Shown: positions 56,247-64,000 of the stretch, in pieces
Layout of the letters: every line of letters begins with the position of its first letter
How positions within the stretch are numbered: the first letter of the stretch is position 1
NCBI GenBank assembly: GCA_050485685.1
Contig: JBJHBW010000006.1
Coordinates: 25,073 to 89,072, forward strand
DNA: 64,000 nucleotides
Reading direction: 5' to 3'
Source of the DNA: Gammaproteobacteria bacterium
Lineage (GTDB): Bacteria > Pseudomonadota > Gammaproteobacteria > Steroidobacterales > Rariloculaceae
Made by a program: the position numbers and the translations under genes
Notes under the pieces: generated by a model
Seen by the model: the letters and a program-made list of their open reading frames with translations, nothing else
Database searches by the model: none
What the model was told of the DNA's origin: nothing

Positions 56247-56797
56247 GTCAGCGCCTGTCCGTCCGCGCTTTCCGGCGTCGTACGCGGGCGCCCTGTGTAG
56301 CTGATGACAATTGCGCGTGCGGCATCGCTGCCTCGTCGGTCGCAGAATGTGATCGTGCCGTTCGTGCTGCGGCGCTGGAACGGGCGAAACGCGTAGTTAG
56401 CGCGGTTGGAATGAATCATCACGCCCTGAACCGGCGAGAGGATCAGCAGCGGCTGCTGGTCAGGGCGCAGCTGCAGTCCGGTGGTCGCGCTGGTCGTCGC
56501 GAACAGCATCCATTGCAGGGACTGCGTCGCGACATCCGCGCAGCTTGACCTGTCCTCGGTAGGGCAGAGGACGACGTCCCGCCCCTGTCGTGCCGATTCT
56601 GCCCGCGCGAGCTGCACCGCGGTCACGAACGCATTGACTGCCGCAGTGCGCCGCGCATCCAGAATGTACGACTGCAACGCCGGCCCGGCTGATGAAAGCA
56701 CGACGCCCAGCACCGCAAGCGTGCACATCAGCTCCCAAAGCGTGAAGCCGGCCGGCGTATGACAGGGGAGCAGGAGATTTCGTCTGTAACCACGCAT
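56225..56797 (-). CDS. fimT: GspH/FimT family pseudopilin
   Basis: G/FTLWELMCTLAVLGVV prepilin motif and a GspH-like body (AVNAFVTAVQLARAESARQG...ITFC). First gene of the minor-pilin operon. Confidence 0.7.
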   Translation of the reverse strand: MRGYRRNLLLPCHTPAGFTLWELMCTLAVLGVVLSSAGPALQSYILDARRTAAVNAFVTAVQLARAESARQGRDVVLCPTEDRSSCADVATQSLQWMLFATTSATTGLQLRPDQQPLLILSPVQGVMIHSNRANYAFRPFQRRSTNGTITFCDRRGSDAARAIVISYTGRPRTTPESADGQALTCPDLQP

Positions 56798-56963
56798 GTC
56801 GTCAAACTACGGCACACGCCATCACATCGTGAGTCCCGAATCCGGCGCATTCGCCACGAAAAGCGGGCGGCAGCCGCCCAGGCAGGCAGGTTGCCCGTGT
56901 TCGCGACTGTGCTATCGTGTACAGGCGAAGTGAATTCATTTCGACACCAGAGGTTCCGGAACC

Positions 56964-57347
56964 ATGCGAAAATCGATACTGACTCTGGCAGCCGGTGGCC
57001 TGACTGCATCGCTGCTGATGTTCTCGAATTCATCTGCTCACCACGGCTGGGCCTGGGCTCAGGATGCGCAGACGGAAATGACCGGCACCATCAGCGACAT
57101 CTATTTCGGCTTTCCGCACCCGCGGCTGATAATTGAAACCACGGACGGACAGTGGACCGTGGACCTTGGCAATCCACGCCAGACCGAAGATGCCGGGTTC
57201 GTGGAGGGTGAAGCAGCGATCGGCGATCAGGTGCTGATCCGCGGCCATCGCTCCGCCGATGACAATGAGAAGCTGATCAAGGCGGTACGTGCGACCATTG
57301 ACGGTCGCCAGTACACGTTCTATCCGCAACTGCTGCGCGAAGACTGA
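56964..57347 (+). CDS. small secreted protein (DUF6152-like; mature N-terminus begins HH)
   Basis: Signal peptide ending SSA followed by HHGW. 127 aa, beta-rich. The family call is from memory only. Confidence 0.5.
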   Translation: MRKSILTLAAGGLTASLLMFSNSSAHHGWAWAQDAQTEMTGTISDIYFGFPHPRLIIETTDGQWTVDLGNPRQTEDAGFVEGEAAIGDQVLIRGHRSADDNEKLIKAVRATIDGRQYTFYPQLLRED

Positions 57348-57356
57348 CAGTAAAGC

Positions 57357-57827
57357 GTGGAGCTGCTGACTGCTCCGTTCGCCGCGTGGCTGGCGGCGGC
57401 TCCGCGCCTCATCGGTCCTTACTACCCGTACCTCAACGCCACGCACATTCTGTCGCTGGCGCTGCTCGTAGGCGCGATTACGACCCTGGACCTGCGCCTG
57501 CTCGGCGTGTTCAGTCGCTTCAGTGCAGCGCAGCTTGCCCCGCCCCTGACACGTATGGCCGGCATAGGTCTAGCCGGTGCATTGCTTACCGGCGTACTGC
57601 TGTTCAGTGTGCAGCCGACCTTTTATGCGGCAAACAGCGCGTTCCGACTGAAGCTGTTGTTACTCGTAGCGGCGATTATCAATGTGGTTGTTGTAAGGCG
57701 CCTGCCTTCGTGGCGGGCGCTTCGCGATGGTGCGTCGATTGCGCCGGTGCTGCGGCTGACCGCTGCATTGTCCCTGACGCTGTGGATCTGCGTCCTGTTC
57801 GCCGGGCGCTGGGTCGCGTTTGTCTGA
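57357..57827 (+). CDS. 4-TM membrane protein of unknown function (paralog family, copy 3)
   Basis: NATHILSLALLVGA...DLRLLG...AGRWVAFV. Same conserved His / DLRL-G / AGR-x-x-A pattern as 38474..39013 and 39105..39581. Lies 9 nt after the upstream gene. Confidence 0.5.
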   Translation: MELLTAPFAAWLAAAPRLIGPYYPYLNATHILSLALLVGAITTLDLRLLGVFSRFSAAQLAPPLTRMAGIGLAGALLTGVLLFSVQPTFYAANSAFRLKLLLLVAAIINVVVVRRLPSWRALRDGASIAPVLRLTAALSLTLWICVLFAGRWVAFV

Positions 57828-57856
57828 GTCGTGTCAGGTTGCCGGCGCCTGCCTGG

Positions 57857-58726
57857 TCACAGGGTCCCGGCAAAGTAGACGGTCAGCAGTTCGTCCAGTG
57901 TTTCATGGTCGGTGACACCGGGCTGCATCACCTCATCGAAGCGCAGGCCCTTCACGTCGAACAGATACTCCATCAGCACGCGGGCAATGTAGTAACACGC
58001 GGGATGGAAAAAGCCTTCCTCGGTGATAATCGTGGATCGTGCGATACAGTCGTAGTTCATCGGCCTGAAGCCACCGCCACCATCCATCAGCCAGGAAATG
58101 TCGTTGGCCAGAAACCGTTCTACACTGTTGCGAATGTGGTAGTCAGGGTCCGCCAGCGTGCCGGTGGAAGCGGCGATAAAGTCTGCATAGCCTTCCTGTT
58201 TCCACATCGGGATGCTCGCGATCTCACGTGCACCAAAACGGGCCATGAGCAGGGTGTGCACGACTTCGTGGGTGAGAATCTGGGTGAGATTAACGGCGTT
58301 CCCGGTCTGCGGATGGCGGAGCGCGTTGTTCGGAATGTCTGGCACACGAAAGGTTACGATGTGGCTGATCCACGGTGGCGCGCTGGCGTTGAAGGTGAGA
58401 CTGGGAGCCAGGCCGATAGTCTGCTGCACCAGCCATGTACGCACACTCTGCACATGGCGGAATGTGCTGTTGTCGTGACCGAAGAATACGTCGTGCCGCA
58501 ACGTTGGATCATTGATCGTGCTGGTCGCAAGTGCGGCTTCGACTTCCTGCAGTACGAACCTGAGGTCTTCATGCAGGTCGGTCTGTGAATGCACGGTGAA
58601 GTTGCCATGCTGGAACTGTTTGGCAAACAGCACGCCGGGGAAGAACAGCAGTGCCAGATACGCGACGACCGGCAGAAACAGTCCGATGAAAGCAAACGCG
58701 GTGACTTTGATGGCCTTGCGCATCAT
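57857..58726 (-). CDS. membrane-anchored putative zinc metallopeptidase (gluzincin-like HExxH...E)
   Basis: N-terminal TM (AFAFIGLFLPVVAYLALLFF). HEVVH followed 20 aa later by WKQEGYADF, the spacing and context of MA-clan gluzincins. No specific family recognised. Confidence 0.5.
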   Translation of the reverse strand: MMRKAIKVTAFAFIGLFLPVVAYLALLFFPGVLFAKQFQHGNFTVHSQTDLHEDLRFVLQEVEAALATSTINDPTLRHDVFFGHDNSTFRHVQSVRTWLVQQTIGLAPSLTFNASAPPWISHIVTFRVPDIPNNALRHPQTGNAVNLTQILTHEVVHTLLMARFGAREIASIPMWKQEGYADFIAASTGTLADPDYHIRNSVERFLANDISWLMDGGGGFRPMNYDCIARSTIITEEGFFHPACYYIARVLMEYLFDVKGLRFDEVMQPGVTDHETLDELLTVYFAGTL

Positions 58727-58779
58727 TCGGCCATTCTCCGCTTGCGTATTGCCTGGCCTCGCAAGCCAGACGCCGAAAC

Positions 58780-60075
58780 TCAGCCCTGCGTCGGGCTAAT
58801 GATGTAGCGCGCAAATACGCGGGTTCTTTCGGGAATCTCACCGTCGACCATGCGCGGCCGGAAATTCCGTCCCTCGATCAGGCGAGTGAGGTTGCGTATC
58901 TCGGTGCGGGACGGGTTACCGTTTGTATTCAGAATCTGAACGCGTTCGGCTCTCCCGTAGCGCGTAATGTCGAACGCAACATCGATATAGTCGCCGGTGG
59001 GCTGCTCTTCGGTGATGGCAACGAAAACATTAGGATCGAATGCAGGCAGCAGGACGGGGACAGTTGGTGAGAAAAATTCGTTTACTGTGGCCTGTTCCAC
59101 ACCGAGCTGATTCATTCGGGAGAATGCGACTTTGTACTGATTGCTGATGTGGTCATAGTTCGAGAAGTTGCGGGTCCGATGCATGCGCCGCAGATTGAAG
59201 TCGGCAATGTGAATGTACAGTTCGGTCAGGCGCAGCATTGTTCCGGCGTCACCGGGGACGTTGGTGAATACCCGGTTCAGCGTGGATCCGACTCCACGAT
59301 CACCGAACGGCTGTACCGACTGCAGTTCCTCGCTGTTTCGAATGACGTCGTACACGAGCTGTTCCAGCTCGTCGCTGCTGTGAAGGTCGTTGCGCAGCAG
59401 GGCTTCCATCGCCTGGGACTGGTAGTACCCGATCTCCCTCAGCAGCGATCCCAGTGCCGCACGCCTGCTGCCGGAGGTGCAGCTTGATGGGCCCATTGCG
59501 GACGCTGTGGTCATCATGTTTCGAATGTGTGGCGACTGCGAGTAGTAACAACCGAGGATCATCTCGGCCGGAAACCCGCCGGCGCGATACTGGGACAGAA
59601 CTTCAGATCGCCTGGCGACAACGTCGCGGTAAATCGGCAGAGTGGCGATATCGCCCGCATGGGCCTGTGCCAGCCGAAGCATGTTCTGCTCGTAATCCCA
59701 GGCGGCCATCACGTCGCCGCTGGCATACAGCGACTCGGTCATCTGCCGCATCACCAGCACTTCCTGAAGCGTGCTGAATCCATGGTTTACGCGAATCACC
59801 GCTCTGGCACGCGCAAAAGCCGCGATCGCCATCTGGTGTTCGTCCCGCTCCTGATGGAACAGGCCAAGGGAGGTCAGCGGCTCGATCAGTTCCGGTGAAT
59901 TGGGGCCGCCCCGCACCTCAGCATTCTCAATCTGGTCGAGAAGTTCGTTATAAGGCTCGGATTCGTAAGGATCGGAAGCTGCCAGTGTCTGACCAGAAAA
60001 AGACGCAGAGGCGATCACGAGCATCAGAATCGTGCCCGGGAGTCGCAAGGGGCGTCCTGTCATGATTGCGATCAT
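58780..60075 (-). CDS. secreted hypothetical protein with helical-repeat N-terminal half and TonB_C-like C-terminal domain
   Basis: Signal peptide (ILMLVIASASFSGQTLAA). The C-terminal YIDVAFDITRYGRAERVQILNTNGNPSRTEIRNLTRLIEGRNFRPRMVDGE resembles the TonB C-terminal fold. Start M46 or M50 of the ORF. Confidence 0.4.
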   Translation of the reverse strand: MIAIMTGRPLRLPGTILMLVIASASFSGQTLAASDPYESEPYNELLDQIENAEVRGGPNSPELIEPLTSLGLFHQERDEHQMAIAAFARARAVIRVNHGFSTLQEVLVMRQMTESLYASGDVMAAWDYEQNMLRLAQAHAGDIATLPIYRDVVARRSEVLSQYRAGGFPAEMILGCYYSQSPHIRNMMTTASAMGPSSCTSGSRRAALGSLLREIGYYQSQAMEALLRNDLHSSDELEQLVYDVIRNSEELQSVQPFGDRGVGSTLNRVFTNVPGDAGTMLRLTELYIHIADFNLRRMHRTRNFSNYDHISNQYKVAFSRMNQLGVEQATVNEFFSPTVPVLLPAFDPNVFVAITEEQPTGDYIDVAFDITRYGRAERVQILNTNGNPSRTEIRNLTRLIEGRNFRPRMVDGEIPERTRVFARYIISPTQG

Positions 60076-60239
60076 GAATCGGATTTCCGCAATCAGCATG
60101 ATGAGATTCAACTCTATCACGGATTTTCCCCGGCGCGTCCATGGTGACCGGCTTTTTCCGGAGACTGCCGGCCACCGTGGCGCGGGATGCCGGGCGCGAA
60201 ATCGAGGCACCGTTTCGGATCTATGAACGCAGCCTTTTC

Positions 60240-61088
60240 TCAGAACACCGCGCCGGAATCGTCGCCACTTCGTACTGCTTGTTCCAGGAGATCGGCAGCC
60301 TCGAACTCGGCACGATATCGGCGCATGTCTTCATCGCTGAGCTTCAGCAGCGCCAGCTCCTTCCTGAGATCACGCAGGATCTCCTCTTCGCCCAGCGCAA
60401 CGGCCAGCTCAGCACGAGCCGCCAGAACACGGGCGTAATCCACAACGGCCGATGGCTCTGCCCGGCGAAGTGCATTATCGAGCTTGCGTGCGGCAGCCCG
60501 GTCATCGTGATAGGTGTCGCGCAGAAAGACGGCCGCCTCCAGCGCACGCAACAGAGGCGATTGAGTGCGGGCGATACCCGAGAGCGTGCGCCCGAACCCT
60601 CGGTCATCGTGCGCATTGGTGTCGTAGTCGTAATCCGGCTCATCCCTGGCGATGAACTGCAGCTGGTTGCCATCGCCGTCATACACAGTGAACCTCGTGT
60701 TTCCTGTTCGGAGTCTGGTGATGCGGGGAGCGCCTGATACGGGCAGACCGCGATATGTGGCTCGCAGGCTTTGCGCCATGGCGCGATAAAGGCGTGACAC
60801 GTTGTTCACCATGACCAGGCACGACGCCGCATGTTCCGCGCTCATCTTGCGGATGCCGTGGAAATGCAGTTCGAAGGGACCCCATTGGGTCGCTGCGTAG
60901 CTGTACGGAGTGCTTTGCTCGAAGGTTACATGGAATCCGAGCGCGCGGTAGTGGCGCAGAGCGTGCTCCAGGGATGCACAGCGAAACACCGGAACGATCG
61001 TGGCGTTCGGCTCTATGGCTTGCGAGAGTGAAGAAGCAGATTCGGTCAACTTTCGGGCTCCCGTCCGTCGTGGGCCGTTGATGATCAC
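60240..61088 (-). CDS. VOC (glyoxalase/bleomycin-resistance-like) domain protein with helical C-terminal extension
   Basis: IVPVFRCASLEHALRHYRALGFHV...GPFELHFH... is VOC-like. The C-terminal half is Ala/Arg/Glu-rich and helical. Confidence 0.45.
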   Translation of the reverse strand: MIINGPRRTGARKLTESASSLSQAIEPNATIVPVFRCASLEHALRHYRALGFHVTFEQSTPYSYAATQWGPFELHFHGIRKMSAEHAASCLVMVNNVSRLYRAMAQSLRATYRGLPVSGAPRITRLRTGNTRFTVYDGDGNQLQFIARDEPDYDYDTNAHDDRGFGRTLSGIARTQSPLLRALEAAVFLRDTYHDDRAAARKLDNALRRAEPSAVVDYARVLAARAELAVALGEEEILRDLRKELALLKLSDEDMRRYRAEFEAADLLEQAVRSGDDSGAVF

Positions 61089-61359
61089 TGAGGCCGCGAA
61101 TTAAATGATCATCTGCGCGAAGGAGGAGGATAGGTCGTTCCCGGCCTGGCGGTCGAGATTGGCAGGCGGCGTCAGTTGCTATCTGAAGTGCTGCCGAATC
61201 CGGCCAGGAGCCGGATTGAGTCGTGATCGAGGTCATCTGCTGCAAGGGAAATCTGGTCGTTCGGATTCGCTATCGGCATACTGGAGACAGCACCTCGCCG
61301 GACTGAATGGAGGCCCTGTTCACGTGACCTCATCCTTGGAAAGCGATCGCGCGCAGGCG

Positions 61360-63329
<1,970 letters not shown>

Positions 63330-63430
63330 TGACCGGCGGGGGCGCCTCGCTGTGCCGAGCTGCCGTGGCGCAATCCGGTGCTGCATGGCACTGCGGTTGA
63401 TGACCCATGCGTGATGATGAGGAAGCATTG

Positions 63431-64000
63431 ATGTTCGATCGGATGAAAGAACTCTCGCGGTCGCGGCACTCGGATCCGGCACAGCTGAACCGGTCGCCGC
63501 GGAATTTTGCGAAGTGGCTGGGATCAGGCGTGCTGTGCGCGGCCTTTGCAGGCCCGGCTCTGGGGCAGGGCAGCGAAGCAGCTGACGGCATTGCGCTGAC
63601 ACAGGCCACGTGTACCGGCACCTCGCTCTCGACCACCATCGCGGCTGGAGCTATCCGTGAGCCGGTTTCAGCCGTCGTGCTGGATTCGGTGGAATGGGTG
63701 GCGGCCAGCGAGAACGTTGCCGCGCACTGCCTGGTCAGCGGTCGTCTGCAACCGGTGGATACCAGTAACACGGCGCAGCCGATACGCTTCGGCGTTGCGC
63801 TGCCCGACGCCTGGAACAGGCGTTCCATACAGCTCGGCGGCGGCGGCATGAACGGCACGGTGCCGCGATTGACCGGCGGCGTCGGCGGTTTCGGCGGGCC
63901 CGCGGCGCTGACCGAAGGTTACGTGACCTACGGCAGTGACTCCGGTCATGCCAGCGATCCCGTCTGGGCGTTGAACGATGAGGCCATCCGCAATCTCGGT
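63431..64000 (+). CDS. tannase/feruloyl esterase family alpha/beta hydrolase (5-prime partial, runs off window)
   Basis: Not in the ORF track because it has no stop in the window. My translation is MFDRMKELSRS...FAGPALGQG (signal)...IRFGVALPDAWNRRSIQLGGGGMNG...GYVTYGSDSGH, which is the N-terminal pattern of this family. Confidence 0.7.
   Translation, partial: MFDRMKELSRSRHSDPAQLNRSPRNFAKWLGSGVLCAAFAGPALGQGSEAADGIALTQATCTGTSLSTTIAAGAIREPVSAVVLDSVEWVAASENVAAHCLVSGRLQPVDTSNTAQPIRFGVALPDAWNRRSIQLGGGGMNGTVPRLTGGVGGFGGPAALTEGYVTYGSDSGHASDPVWALNDEAIRNLG

Overview
High-GC (mid-60s % by eye) chromosomal segment. Gene order points to a gammaproteobacterium: ispB / rplU-rpmA-obgE, rpsT / murJ-ribF-ileS-lspA, and fimT-pilV-pilW-pilX-pilE. 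I call about 65 CDS and one tRNA-Pro(CGG). I found no transposase, integrase, phage genes, CRISPR array or rRNA. The many long Arg/Pro/His-rich ORFs antisense to real genes are high-GC artefacts. Contents: TRAP transporter dctQM, a NaChBac/NavAb-type sodium channel, a bactofilin, a run of secreted/envelope DUF proteins, TraB, and a 6TM Kv channel behind an ACT/UPF0210 pair. Also present: rarA, GGT, MTHFR-like, sulfotransferase, ribosomal and housekeeping genes, a minor-pilin operon, and an AraC/esterase/tannase cluster at the 3' end. Four things deserve a second look. (1) A convincing T-box leader with an AUC (Ile) specifier sits in the 530-nt ribF-ileS spacer. It precedes a long Thermus/eukaryote-like (type 2) IleRS in the canonical proteobacterial ileS slot, and its expression platform is unusual and has no U tract. 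(2) A tightly packed five-gene minus-strand envelope module (11.8-18.0 kb): membrane-anchored helical-repeat protein, secreted vWA protein, MacB/FtsEX-type ABC ATPase, 4-TM permease, and a trypsin-like protease with a tandemly duplicated Cys-pair domain. The ATPase gene has no canonical start codon near its conserved N-terminus. (3) A Cyc2-like fused monoheme cytochrome-porin (CVNCH just after the signal peptide, then a beta-barrel ending in F) is paired with a CTACH-motif lipoprotein, upstream of an ECF sigma / anti-sigma / subtilase set. (4) A slightly lower-GC segment (57.9-60.1 kb) encodes a secreted protein with a TonB_C-like domain and a membrane-anchored HExxH gluzincin. All family assignments come from reading motifs in the translations. 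No database search was run.
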